64,000 nt of DNA from Octopus vulgaris (taxonomy: Eukaryota), in assembly GCA_951406725.2 (NCBI GenBank), contig OX597838.1, forward strand, positions 2,108,001 to 2,172,000, written 5' to 3'. Below the pieces are notes generated by a model, which was not told where the DNA came from, did not search any database, and saw nothing but the letters and a program-made list of their open reading frames with translations. The position numbers were made by a program, and so were the translations under genes. This document shows positions 44,205 through 57,104 of this stretch, one piece after another. The stretch's first letter is position 1. Each line of letters begins with the position of its first letter.

Positions 44205-44478
44205 ACACACACTTACACATACACACAGATTCACGGAGAGAAGATACATTAGATGCATATCACCAACCGTTTCACACACTCACACTCACACACACACACA
44301 CACACACTCACACACACACACACACACACACAATGAGTAGAAGACATATTAGACACACACACGCACACATATATACATCAATATGTACCCATACATACAC
44401 GCACATACATATTTACGTACACATGCATATATCATACATATACACTTATGCACACATTTATACACATGCACACACACT

Positions 44479-44525
<47 letters not shown>

Positions 44526-45120
44526 GCACGCACGCACGCACACACACACATAATTATTTTCGGCTATCGTCCAACAGTTGCTGTCTCTTATTTCTGAAGA
44601 AATTCGCATTGTCAAGTTGTCCTGAAACTATTATTCCAAGGTAGACATCGCCTTTTAAATTGTACCAGATACCTTCTTGATGTTTGAGTCCCTTTGTGGT
44701 GGTGGTGGTGGTTGTAGTGGTGGTGATTGTGGTGGTGGTGGTGGTGGTGGTGGTGGTGCGTCCTTCTGGTATACCTGCAGACGGCCATATTTCCTTAGAG
44801 AACGATTAAACAAATCCTGTTATTTCACGCTTGACATCCTCTGGAGCTTTCTCTTTGCTTCCTTAATCCACATTAATCGAGATTAATATGGATTAATCTA
44901 GATGGTATGGAAGATGTTTGTCTATATATTGTGTCGATGTGACCAGCGCTGGACGACGGTCAGCAAACGTGACGTCCGTTGCCAACCAAATATCAAATGG
45001 ACTTCCTACAGACTCTGCCTCCCAATGAGTCTCGATATAATAATCTGACCGATTAGAAAGAGCAGCGAAATCGACCTCAAACCATTCATTACCAAGAAAT
45101 TACACCATGGAACAGATATT

Positions 45121-45136
45121 TCAGTCATCTGGATAC
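45121..45136 (-). CDS. Putative terminal coding exon part ((R)YPDD*) of small minus-strand gene
   Basis: Acceptor gtgtcctttag; phase-2 start is compatible with the upstream exon. Confidence 0.3.
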
Positions 45137-45615
45137 CTAAAGGACACACAGACGCATACATACAGACAAAACACAGAAACATACACACAGGAAAACACAC
45201 ACACAGGCACACGCACAAACACACGCATAAACTCAGAAAACTGTTGGCTGCAGGTTAGTTCGAACAGACTAACACCACCGCCACCACCATCACCACATCG
45301 CCACCATTACCACCACTACCACCACCAGTACACCATCACCGTCACCCACCAGGCACCGGCGCCGCCTCCACTACCGCCCTAACCTTTTTATCACCACCAC
45401 CACCTTTATCGCCCCCACCACTCCCACCACCACTAACACCATCATCGCCGCCGCCGCCTCCACCAAGGGTAGCAGCCGCAGTACCGAAACCACCTCCTCC
45501 CCAACTACCTCTGCCACCAACACCATCACCATCATCACTACTACCGCCACCATAACAACATCAAACACAACAAACCCCCAATAACAATCAGTGTTAATTG
45601 AAGATGATGTCCCAC

Positions 45616-45699
45616 CTGTCCGTGCTTATCTTCGCTGACCTCAGTTCAATGTAGTCCAAGATGAACTTAACCACATCGTGATCACTGGAATGAGGAGGT
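45616..45699 (-). CDS. Putative 84-nt exon (PPHSSDHDVVKFILDYIELRSAKISTDR)
   Basis: Acceptor cccttacactttgtag, donor AG|gtggga; only the phase-2 frame is open; protein-like composition. Confidence 0.45.
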
Positions 45700-45768
45700 C
45701 TACAAAGTGTAAGGGTGACACTATCCGTTCCTCAACAAATTATCATAAAGTGATCGGCGTCAATTGGC

Positions 45769-45832
45769 AGTCACGTGACCAACGGTCAACGTCAGTCACA
45801 TGATCAATGATATTTGGGAGTCACATGATCAA
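45769..45832. promoter_or_regulatory. Three CLEAR/M-box-type E-boxes at exact 25-bp period
   Basis: AGTCACGTGACCAA (45769), AGTCACATGATCAA (45794), AGTCACATGATCAA (45819) with unrelated 11-bp spacers. Confidence 0.5.
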
Positions 45833-46027
45833 CACTGCATCATTTTCATGGTGAATTTCAGCGTCTCTGCCCAGATTTGCGATTGGCTACTTCCGACCTA
45901 AAAGCGCCATGTTGAATAATGATACAATGATAGTTGTGATGTTGTTGATCTTGATTATGTTGATGGTGATGATGGTGGTTATGATGGCGGTTACGATGGT
46001 GATTATGATGGTGGTGATGCCAATAAA

Positions 46028-46347
46028 GACGCATGGCTCAGTGTTTAGAGCGTCGAGCTTACGATCGTGAGGTTGTGAGTTCGAATTCCGGACCGGGCTG
46101 CGTGTTGTGTTCTTGAGTAAGACACTTGCCTCAGTCCACTCAGCTGTAGAAATGAGTTGCGACGTCACAGGTGCCAAGCTGCATCGGCCCCTTTGCCTTT
46201 CCCTTGGATAACATTAGTGGCGTGGAGAGGGGTTGCTGGTATGCGTGAGTGACTGCTGGTCTTCCATAAACAACTTTGGTCGGACTTGTGCCTAGGAGGG
46301 TAACTTCCTAGGTGCAATCCCATGGTCAGTCATGAACGAGGGGGTCT
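46028..46347 (+). mobile_element. Near full-length tRNA-head CORE-type SINE (family B)
   Basis: A-box tggctcagtgtttag, B-box gagttcgaattcc, CORE-like ttgagtaagacactt…ctcagtccactcagctgtagaaatgag; reverse homolog at 58603-58936. Confidence 0.85.
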
Positions 46348-46888
46348 CAGCAGTAATGATGATGTTGATGATGTTGATGATGCTGGTGGTGGTGATGTTA
46401 TTCCTCGACCCCAGTTCTGCATTGATTAAGCGCATATATGATTGAAAGAAATCCATCCGTGACAATTATCCTCTATACGGAAACTTTGTTCCGCATTGTC
46501 CAAAAGTCCCGTCTCTTGAGACGACAGGGTGTGGTTTGAGGACAAATTGGCTGCTATTTCTAAGCAATCGAGCGAACACCGAAGAATTCCATCATTGAGT
46601 CGCAATGGTAGTGTTAAATGGCAGTCGCAGAAGTAGCGGTGGCGGTGGCTGTAGTGATGGTCCTGGTTGTAACGGTGATGGCGGTGATGCTGGTGATAAG
46701 GAAGTTGGTGATGGTATTAGTTTGTGCTTGATTGCGGTGTTGTTGTTGTTGTTGTTATTAGTGGTGGCGGCGGTGGTGGTGGTGGTGGTGGTATAATGGC
46801 TTTGCCTGGCTGTGCATCGCCACCCACTCCCGCATCCCCGTCAGCATCTCCCTTCTGTTGCCTCATCTAATTTCAATTGATTTATTAC

Positions 46889-46912
46889 CTAAGACTGTAT
46901 TCGCAGTTACGT
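46889..46912 (-). CDS. Putative 24-nt microexon (RNCEYSLR)
   Basis: Long (CT)n pyrimidine tract ending cttaag; donor AG|gtaata; symmetric phase 2-2. Confidence 0.35.
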
Positions 46913-47010
46913 CTTAAGTAGAGAGAGAGAGAAAAGGAAGAGAAAGACAGAGAGGGAGGGAGAAAGAGAGGGAAAGAGAGGGAGAGGAAATAGATGAGAG
47001 AGAGACAGAA

Positions 47011-47050
<40 letters not shown>

Positions 47051-47267
47051 AGAAAGACTGATAGAGAGAAAGAGAGAGATAAGCCCAAGGATAGTGGAGT
47101 GAAAGAGAAAGAAATGTATTACGTAATATACTGTACACATACGTATATATATGTTTGTATATATAAATGTGTATATATATGTATATATATACATATATAT
47201 ATGTATATATATGTGTGTATATATGTATATATATGTATATGTATATGTATATATATATATATACATA

Positions 47268-47298
<31 letters not shown>

Positions 47299-47319
47299 GC
47301 GTGTGTGCGTGTGTGTGTA

Positions 47320-47428
47320 TCTTGGTACTCTGTTGGTTACGACGATGAGGTTTCCTGTTGATCCGGTCAACGGAACAGCCTGCTCGTGAACTTAACGTGC
47401 AAATGGCTGAGCACTCCACAGACACGTA
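47320..47428 (-). mobile_element. 3' tail of a CORE-type SINE
   Basis: gttacgacgatgagg…gttgatccggtcaacggaacagcctgctcgtgaa…ggctgagcactccacagacacg; related tail at 57110-57150. Confidence 0.65.
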
Positions 47429-47479
47429 TATGTATATAATGTAATATATATTTACGTATGATTATATGCATATTTCCAT

Positions 47480-48000
47480 GGGCCCAATTATTTTCTCTGC
47501 CCATTATTCCTAGGAGGGCCTTGAGGATAGAGTCCTAAAGCCCCACCTCCATAGGATCATGTCAAAAGCAACCGTTATTACACCTTCTGGCGTCACCAAG
47601 TAACTTTTATAGATGTTATCCAACCATATCATTCTTAGTGTACCACCAAGTCTTTTGGCGATTGGCTTAGCTTAAAGAATCCGTCTGCAATCCTGTAGGA
47701 CCGGAGTTGTGGCTTCTCAATGCAGAAAAGTAGTGATTAGAGAGACTCCTTGATCTCCGTGTTAGGCAGGCTGTCGAGTCACAAGATCATTCGCGTGAAC
47801 CCTATTTCGACTGCTTCTCTTCGCGATCGTACTCTTTCGGACAGCATTCAACATTCATGAACATAGGTGAAGATATGCACGAAAACCGAGATGGAGATAG
47901 ATAGTCGGGTTATTTAGCCGACCTATCTTCCTGTGAGGATAGAACGCTGAACCTGGCATATTACTGTTCTAGCATCTGCGATTCTAGCATCAAATTCGTA
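47480..48000 (-). mobile_element. RTE-clade LINE 3' fragment, decayed
   Basis: Minus strand reads HIFTYVHEC*MLSERVRSRREAVEIGFTRMI…NTEIKESL…LLFCIEKPQLRSY, matching the RTE pattern LTYGHESW.MTERxRSR.QAAEMGFLRR…LLLRIERSQLRW. Confidence 0.75.
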
Positions 48001-48104
48001 CAATGTATATATGCTGAAAAGGGAAATAAATTGAAGGTAGAAGAGTTTTACATCCTCCATACTTGATCGAATGTCAGCAACTGATAGGGAACCCAAAGCA
48101 ACAT

Positions 48105-48162
<58 letters not shown>

Positions 48163-48177
48163 GAGAGACAGAGAGAC

Positions 48178-48216
<39 letters not shown>

Positions 48217-48592
48217 AAGATAGATAGATAGACACACACACATATATGACAACGTGAGAATGTGTGTGAATCAAGCTGAAACAATATCGACAGCTAAAAG
48301 AATTGCATAAAAAGAAAGCATTAAAGGGCAACACGTAGGAAAATAGACATTGCATACGCAGACGCCCACATGCTCAGACACACACACACGCCAACAGAAA
48401 GACGCCCACACACGCACACACATACACGCATACATATTCATATGCTGGTGTGTGCGTGCGTGTTGTATGCGTGTTCATCCGCAATAGAATACGTCACATA
48501 ACGCGTGCATGTTTGAAATTTTCGTGCAAAAGATTGCTTCAGAGAAAATGGCGTTGTGTGTGTAGCGGGGTATACATGTGTGTGTATGCATG

Positions 48593-48644
<52 letters not shown>

Positions 48645-48718
48645 TATATATGTATGTACGTATTATTCATACAAACAAATAATATGCATGTATGTATATA
48701 TCTATGTAAACTTGTATG

Positions 48719-48763
<45 letters not shown>

Positions 48764-48891
48764 CACACACTCACACATATACATATGTGTGTATGTGTGT
48801 GTGTGTTTTTGATAGATAAATAGATAAAGAGATAAGGAAACAGATTAATACATTTAGAAATAGTACATATGTGTGTGTGTATATCTACGAT

Positions 48892-48923
<32 letters not shown>

Positions 48924-48939
48924 CGCACACATATATATG

Positions 48940-49057
<118 letters not shown>

Positions 49058-49178
49058 TATATATATATATGGAGAGAGTGGGAAAGAGAGGGAGAATGCT
49101 GGAGAGAGAGACAGAGAGAGGTAAAGGCGAGAGTGGGAGAAGATATTAGGTAGAAAGGGATGCCATGATAGCTAAGCT

Positions 49179-49302
<124 letters not shown>

Positions 49303-49698
49303 CAAAAGTCAAACAGACGTAACGGTCAAACCGACAGATTTGATTTATGCTAATTGTCTTGATTTTAATTAAAAGAAAAACCTTGTTCGATCGATTGCAT
49401 TAGAGACAACAATTACTGTAGAGTTTTGCAGTAATTAGAATGAATCTGTGGAATAATGAACATTTCGCTGCCCTCATCCTGCCGACTACTGTGTTATTGT
49501 ATCGTTTCTGGTGGTTCTGCGGATGATCCAATATGGCGGCGGGACGGATTTCTATTTTGGCATTTCGTTGTGGCTGTTGTTGTTTTTGTTGTTGTTGTTT
49601 GTGATGATGGTGGTGATGATGATGGAGATGATGATGGCGGTGATGGAGATGATGATGGCGGTGATGGTGATGTTGATGGTGGCGATGGTGATGTTAGC

Positions 49699-49732
<34 letters not shown>

Positions 49733-50369
49733 AGGAGGAGGAGGAAGAGGAGGAGTAAGCTGGCGGAGGGGGATGACGATGGCTACGTTGTTATCATTGA
49801 TGGCGTTTGTATTATTGTTGCAGTCGTTTGTTACTGCTGATGCTGCTGATGATGCTGATACTGATGATGATCATTACGATGGCGACGACGATGATGATGA
49901 GGATGAGGGGTGTCTATCATTTTGGGCAGTGATGATGAGTCGATGATGATGATGATGCTGGTTTCCTTATCGCTGCCCTTCTCCTTATTGCTGTTCTTAT
50001 TGCTACCGCTGTTGTTGTTGTCGTTGTTGTTGTTGTAGTCAAAATGATTGATATTTCACACAATGTCGTCCTTTGTTTTCATCTTTGTTTTTTTTTTTAC
50101 CTGTTTTTATCTCTTTTCTTTAAAAAATTTTTTTCATTCTTTTACTTACTTTCTTTGTCTCATACATCAAACATAAAAGAAGATTATATTTTCTGGGGGT
50201 GGGGGGATAATATATATTTTCTTTTTTTTTTGTTTCTTTGTTATATCTGGTTTTAGGTAGAGGTCGGTGGCGGCGGGGGCGGCGGCGGCGCTCGGAGGAT
50301 AGGAGAGATTAACGATGAACCCGATCGTTGCATATCGCCGCTTTTCTTACGTTGTTTGGCCACAGGTCA

Positions 50370-50642
50370 TGGTGTATCTTGGACTATCCTATCTAATGTA
50401 TCCTTTTATATATTGCTTAGCCCCGGGTCAGTGATGTTTCAGTAGACGTTTAATCAAAGTTGACACATCCGTGACCATTCGGTCGATATTTCAAACATAG
50501 TGTACCTTGGGTCACATTACGTAATGTGTCCTTCTATATTGTTTTTTAGCCCTAGGTCAGTCATGATCCAGTGGACATTGAATCAAAGAAATGTCAATCT
50601 TCTCTTTTATTTCAGAAACAGTGTATCTAGGGTTAGACTATT
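50370..50642 (+). repeat. Degenerate tandem ~130-bp units of a dispersed repeat
   Basis: ttagccc(cg/ta)ggtcagt…aatcaaag…gtgta(t/c)ct(t/a)gg recurs; related piece at ~46400-46570. Confidence 0.55.
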
Positions 50643-50765
50643 TAATATATAATGTATTTCGTTAGTATTAGTGGCAACCATCTTAGTTCATATCGAAAGT
50701 TAGAACAGCCATCACTCATCATTTGATCCGACCGACGCTCTAACGACGCCGACTATTCGCTACTC

Positions 50766-50834
<69 letters not shown>

Positions 50835-50872
50835 TATTATTATTATTATAGTAATAATATCAATAATAAAAA

Positions 50873-50938
<66 letters not shown>

Positions 50939-50974
50939 CAGCAGCAGCAGCAGCAGCTGTAGTAGTAACAATCT

Positions 50975-51665
50975 ATTAAATTTTGAAATAGGAAGAATTC
51001 GGGGCACGAGAACAGTAAAGGCTGTGCCTATAATAATTGGTGTGTTGGGAAGAGTAAACCAAGATATAGAAAAATGGCTGAAGGAGATTGGAATAGAATA
51101 CCCGGTAGAGCTCCCACAGAAAGTTTGTATCTTAGGGACGGCAACGATTATCAGGAGGGTTCTAAGCACCTGAAAGACTGATGAAGACTTGTGGATACCT
51201 AAGGGACCAGGTAACAACCGGCTAACAGACCAGACATAGCTATTGAAGACATGGCTATTAAGTGTTCCCATTGATAAAAATATAACTGTAAAGGGTTTGG
51301 AGAAAAGTAGTAAATATAAGGACCTGGAAATTGCAAAAGAAAAAATGTGGCATCTTAAAGAAGAAACTGTTCATGTTATTGTAGGTGTCCTGTGTAAGTT
51401 AAAAGTCTGAAACATTTTGACAACATGCAAGAGGACCATGTCTCATACAAATTCAAAAGATTGCGCTGACGAGTATTCTGGGAAAAACCTCATCAGTTTA
51501 AACGTTTGTGTTGTGTTATGTGGAGATATTTCAATACCGACCTCGCCATTTCTCCTCCGCAAAACTTTCGGTTATACTCTAACATCTCTTAACCTTCACT
51601 TGCATGAGTTCGCTGAGTGGGCCTCAGCAAGGGATTGAAACAAGCATGCAGATTAAGAGTAAATA
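50975..51665 (+). mobile_element. Two fused R4/Dong-like LINE 3' fragments ending in an (AAT)n-like tail
   Basis: VKAVPIIIGVLG…QKVCILGTATIIRRVLST*, then ANRPDIAIED…SVPIDKNI…KYKDLEIAKEKMWHLK…VIVGVL. Confidence 0.85.
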
Positions 51666-51830
51666 AGAACAATAATAATAATGATGATGATAATGATGTT
51701 TGAGATGTATGTGCCCAGTGTACCCTTATCAGACGGGGAGTCATGATGGGTATAGTGGGCTTCGTATATTTTACTCCAGTGTCAGTTTTATGGTATGCAC
51801 TGATCTCTCACTCAATAATAATAATAATAA

Positions 51831-51889
<59 letters not shown>

Positions 51890-51899
51890 ACAATAATAG

Positions 51900-52220
51900 T
51901 TTCTGCAGGAAGCACAAGGCCTCAGATTGGGGGGGAGGATTAAGTTGATTACATCGACTCAGTACATAACTGGTACTTATTTAATCGACCCCGAAAGGAG
52001 GAAAGGCAAAGTCGACCCTGGCAGAATTTGAACTCTGAACGAAGCGGCAGACGAAATACCTATTTCTTTACTACCCACAAAGGGATAAACACAGAGGGGA
52101 CAAACAAGGACAGAAAAACGGATTAAGTCGATTATATTGACACCAGTGCGTAACTGGTACATAATTTATCGACCCCGAAAGGATGAAAGGCAAAATCGAC
52201 CTCGGCGGAATTAGAACTCA
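51900..52220 (-). mobile_element. Family A SINE with two body units
   Basis: actggtac…tcgaccccgaaagga(g/t)gaaaggcaaa(g/a)tcgacc occurs twice. Confidence 0.85.
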
Positions 52221-52242
52221 GACAACAACAACAACGACGACG

Positions 52243-52457
<215 letters not shown>

Positions 52458-53066
52458 TAGTCCAGGAGCTCCAACAAAACCTGTGATAAAGAGAAATAAT
52501 AATATTACTGATACAAATCAAAGATTTCAGAAAGAGGGCCTATTTTATTAGTTGCCCGCCCTTCTCCATGTACTTAACTGCCAGTCTTTCTGTTGATATC
52601 AGAATGGTGTTGATCCCAGAGAGGTTTGAACACAAAACATCAAAGATCATCAGTAAACGCCGACAGAACAGTTAAATCCTATCACTTTTACTGTCTGTGC
52701 CACTTTCCAAATGGTTCACAACTAAAGATATCATTGATTAAATTGAAATCAAACTCCCGTCATTTCTAGAAAGTCTGAAAGTCTTGAAAAGAAATTTTCT
52801 ACTTCATCAGTTCCTTCCTTCCTGCTTCTTACCCCACCCAAGCCTCTTATTGATGTTGTTCTTCTCTTTCTTGGCTTCGTCTTCTTTCCCTTCCTGTATC
52901 TCTTTACTCTTCCCTCCACTTGCAGAACTCTCTCTCAACTCCTTTTCATTCATGGCTTCGTTTATGTTCCTCACACTTCTCTCTTTACAATCACCCGCCT
53001 CCTTCCTGCTCCGCAATTCTCTGAAACTCTATAGCTTGTGTACAAAGAAAGAGCGAAAGTGTATAC

Positions 53067-53097
<31 letters not shown>

Positions 53098-53220
53098 CAT
53101 ATACGTATACATATATCGAGAGAGGGAGAAAGAGAAAGTGAGGGAGACAGAAACAGGCAGACAGACAGAGAGATAGCTTAGATAGATTGATTGATAGATA
53201 TGGAAACAGATATAGTCGCA

Positions 53221-53280
<60 letters not shown>

Positions 53281-53283
<3 letters not shown>

Positions 53284-53480
53284 TAAGACAACAAAAGAAT
53301 GGAAGAGACCTCGATATTATGTAAATAAAGGAATTTATCTGTAAATATAATATGTGACAATTATTCGGTAGCCAAGATAAAACTCCGAGTTTCGGATGTC
53401 GGGGCGGAAAACGCACCGGCACCTCTTCAGCTATCGGACTCGGAGTTTTATCATGGCTACCGAATAATTGTCACATATAT
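53281..53480 (-). mobile_element. HHR-bearing short element with inverted duplication
   Basis: Same terminus as 42482 and 55791; arms ~53350-53390 / 53438-53478 enclose the ribozyme. Confidence 0.8.
53376..53435 (-). ncRNA. Type-I hammerhead ribozyme motif with intact core
   Basis: Minus strand: gatag CTGAAGA ggtgccggtgcg-ttttc-cgccccgacatcc GAAA ctcggag TT ttatc; all three stems pair. Confidence 0.8.
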
Positions 53481-53555
53481 TTATTTATGTGTGTGTGTGT
53501 GTATTTATGTATTTATACATATATATATATACATACACACATACACATACGCACA

Positions 53556-53599
<44 letters not shown>

Positions 53600-53999
53600 G
53601 ACACACACAAGTGTATGTATGTATATCGATAATTCACATTGCACATTTAAGTTTCGCCATCGTTTGACTCATTAGGAAACTTGGTTATAAGCTGTGACAC
53701 TTCATCTTTATATAGTAAGAGATCATAGCTTATTATTTAAAAAATATTCGATCAATAATTTAGCGAATAGGTTTCAAATTTTAAAACGTTAGAGATTATT
53801 GTGTGCTGTGCATTGTTTGCGGGTATTGTATCATAATGGCGTGTAAGTATATTTATACACGCGCCTGCGTGTCTGTTTTTAAACTTCCTAATGGTAATTA
53901 ATGGGTAAATTTTTTTTAAAAAGAAAATATTAAAATATGGTTTCAAATTTATCGTGCATTTACTTATATATGCAATTATCGGAAAAAATATGCAAATAT

Positions 54000-54560
54000 C
54001 GGAAATGATATTTTTTTATGGCAAATCCCCTTCTGCGCAATTGTTATATTCCATCATGGAGACATCTTTAACCCAAATTTACTCACAAAAAGCCACTCAA
54101 CGTCAACACATTATCATCCATTAATAATGAAAGGAATGATAAACGCATCAAATTACAAATACCCCAAGTAATATCAATACTCCAAAATACAAGTGACATT
54201 CAAATTGTAACTGTCATTCGCAAACTGTTTGCCCAGTGAACGACAACTGCCTGGAAATATCTGTTACCTATGCAACCAGTGTCACTTCTAACAGTATTTA
54301 GAACGACATAGGATTAACTACAAGTCAATTTTAAAATTTTATGGTATCACATAATTATATCATTAGAAAACTACAAAAGCAATTCGCTACTGGCCCAGCG
54401 ACATTTAGTTGGGTTTTCAAAAATAATAACTCAATTTACAATAATAGACTGCGACTTCCAGAAAATGTAATTACGCAGCTAATTTCTTCATCCCCGTAAA
54501 TATAAATTAAATACCATTACAGTACCTCACCGAACGTATGTTGAAATATCGATAAAACAC
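54000..54560 (+). mobile_element. Decayed PLE Cys-linker and GIY-YIG endonuclease
   Basis: ~54203 reads NCNCHSQTVCPVNDNCLEISVTYATSVT…NDIGLTTSQF, matching CNC…CP…CL…VVYxATV…YIGLT. Confidence 0.7.
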
Positions 54561-55158
54561 TTTGTTTTCATTTTCAGAAATATTTGGCAAGTTAAACCTG
54601 ACAATAGTGTTAGAGTTATCTCATCTTAAATCTAATTCTTTCGGACCTATTCACATTAATTGTATGAAAAGAGGAAGACAACAGGTTAATATTTTTACTA
54701 GAACTATTCCACTATATAAATCACATCGAAATATTTACCACTTAGGCACTTTACATGTTAAACGTTATCCGACTATTTAAACGTACTCACACACATGCAT
54801 ACCTGCACATATTCCTCCCAAGAACAAACACCTTCCCATTGCAATAATAACCAGCTTTTAAGTCTTCAAAATATAGCCACTGCATTATCACGGGTTTATA
54901 TTTTCTAAATAAATTGTTATATTTATTGTAATGTTTTAATACATAAAAGCGAAACCATAAAAGTCACCTCACATTACCTGACAAGAGACATAATGCCGAA
55001 GTGACGTGAGTGTGTGGTACATAGCTATTTACAACACACATATACACATACACTCAAGCTTCCACGCACATACACACGCATGTACATGCATAAATATACA
55101 CATACATACATACATACATCCATCCATCCATCCATCCATCCATCCATCCATCCATACA

Positions 55159-55190
<32 letters not shown>

Positions 55191-55495
55191 CACATACCTA
55201 CATACATACATACATACATACATTCATACATACATACATATAGACACACTCGCACACATATAATTATTGAGATAAACAGAAAAACAGAGGGTGGGAGTTA
55301 CAAATGATTTATTACGTAGATAAAGATAAACTCAGGATGCAAATTATTGCATCTTGATACATACGTATCACGATACATGCATGTATGTATGTATGTATGT
55401 ATGTATGTATGTATGTATGTATGTATGTATGCATGTATGTATGTATGTATGTATGTATGTATGTATGTATGTATGTATGTATGTATGTATGTATA

Positions 55496-55590
<95 letters not shown>

Positions 55591-55624
55591 AATCTGTATA
55601 CATGTATGCATGTATATACTCATG

Positions 55625-55664
<40 letters not shown>

Positions 55665-55745
55665 AGTGTGCGTGTGCGTGTGTATGTATTATATATGTAT
55701 ACTATATAAATTGTATATTTATATATTCATATACGTCTGTGCGCG

Positions 55746-55790
<45 letters not shown>

Positions 55791-55793
<3 letters not shown>

Positions 55794-55965
55794 TAAAAAC
55801 GGTAAGATAACAAAAGAAAGAAAGAGACCTCAATATTATGTAAATAGAGGAAATTTATCTGTAAAATAATATGTGACAATTATTCGGTAGCCAAGATAAA
55901 ACTCTGAGTTTCGGATGCCGAGGTGGAAATCCACAACACCATCTATTCGGTTATCTGGCCAGAGA
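55791..55965 (-). mobile_element. Second copy of the HHR-bearing element; core degenerate (CCGAATA)
   Basis: Minus strand: gccagataa CCGAATA gatggtgttgtgga-tt-tccacctcggcatcc GAAA ctcagag TT ttatcttggc; abuts (TA)n. Confidence 0.75.
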
Positions 55966-56021
55966 AAGAAAGAGGGAGAATAAGAGAGTAAGAAAGAAAG
56001 AAAAAAAGAAAGTCAGAAAGA

Positions 56022-56063
<42 letters not shown>

Positions 56064-56279
56064 AGGATAGAGGGATAATAGTGTGCTGCAAAGACATGAA
56101 CGAGAATATATTGCATGTAAGATGTAATGAGCCGAGGAGTGGGGACCATTGGAAAATGATGTTCTTAGGAAATCTATTGGTTCCATAAACAGGGAATTGA
56201 GACGACGTCGGGGAGAGAGAGAGATGGAAACAGCTCTATTACATATATCTGTGTGTGTATATATATATATATATTATAT

Positions 56280-56310
<31 letters not shown>

Positions 56311-56311
56311 T

Positions 56312-56395
<84 letters not shown>

Positions 56396-56624
56396 GAACT
56401 CCTCTCTCTCTCTTCTAGCTGCAAAGCCAACAAGTGGCTCTTTTAGCTGTTTCTCCAATCTTGCGCCCAACCACTCTTCACGCGTTACCCTCTCATTGCA
56501 GTGGCTGTAAGAAGCTTCTTCAATATCGACTGAGCAGGGAATCCCCTTCAGCTAAACTTGACTGTGAAAAACCATGCCTGCTATTCCTGCTCCCTGCAAT
56601 CCTCCGAAACGAAACGGAACGAAG

Positions 56625-56790
56625 CACCGCTTGACAACCAGTCTTGGTGCGTTTACGTCTCCACAACGTGAGCGGTTTGCCACAAGAAACCTACAGAATA
56701 CGTAGCAGCCTTAGAAAAGACAAAAAAGTATTGTGGTTGATTCATTCGACAAAATATTCTTGAAGGCGGTGCCCCAGCATGGCCGCAGTC
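56625..56790 (-). mobile_element. SINE-like family C copy
   Basis: cgcttgacaacc…gtttacgtc…gcggttt…aaggcggtgccccagcatggccgcagtc. Confidence 0.75.
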
Positions 56791-57104
56791 TGTATGTATG
56801 TATGTATGTATGTGTATGTATGTATGTATGTGTATGTATGTATGTATGTGTATGTATGTATGTATGTATGTATGTATGTATGTATGTATGTATGTATGTA
56901 TGTGTGTGTATGTATGTATTTGTGTATGTATGTGTGTATGTGTGTATGTATGTATGTATGTACGTATGTATGTATGTATGTGTGTATGTATGTTTGTATG
57001 TAAGTATGTATGTATACGCACACATAGATACAGTGGTGCGGTGAGTCTGTCTTTGGACTATGAACATTGTGTTGTTTGCTCAGCTTAATTACTTGCTGCT
57101 GAAT

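Noticed and set aside
45769-45832. CRISPR interpretation of the repeat-spacer pattern
   Set aside because: Repeats (14 bp) and spacers (11 bp) are too short, the context is eukaryotic, and there are no cas genes
46028-46100. tRNA gene
   Set aside because: A/B boxes belong to a SINE head; no complete cloverleaf and it continues into the SINE body
48062-48079. 18-nt minus-strand exon candidate (LLTFDQ)
   Set aside because: Introduces a stop in the phase-2 frame required by its neighbours; no independent support
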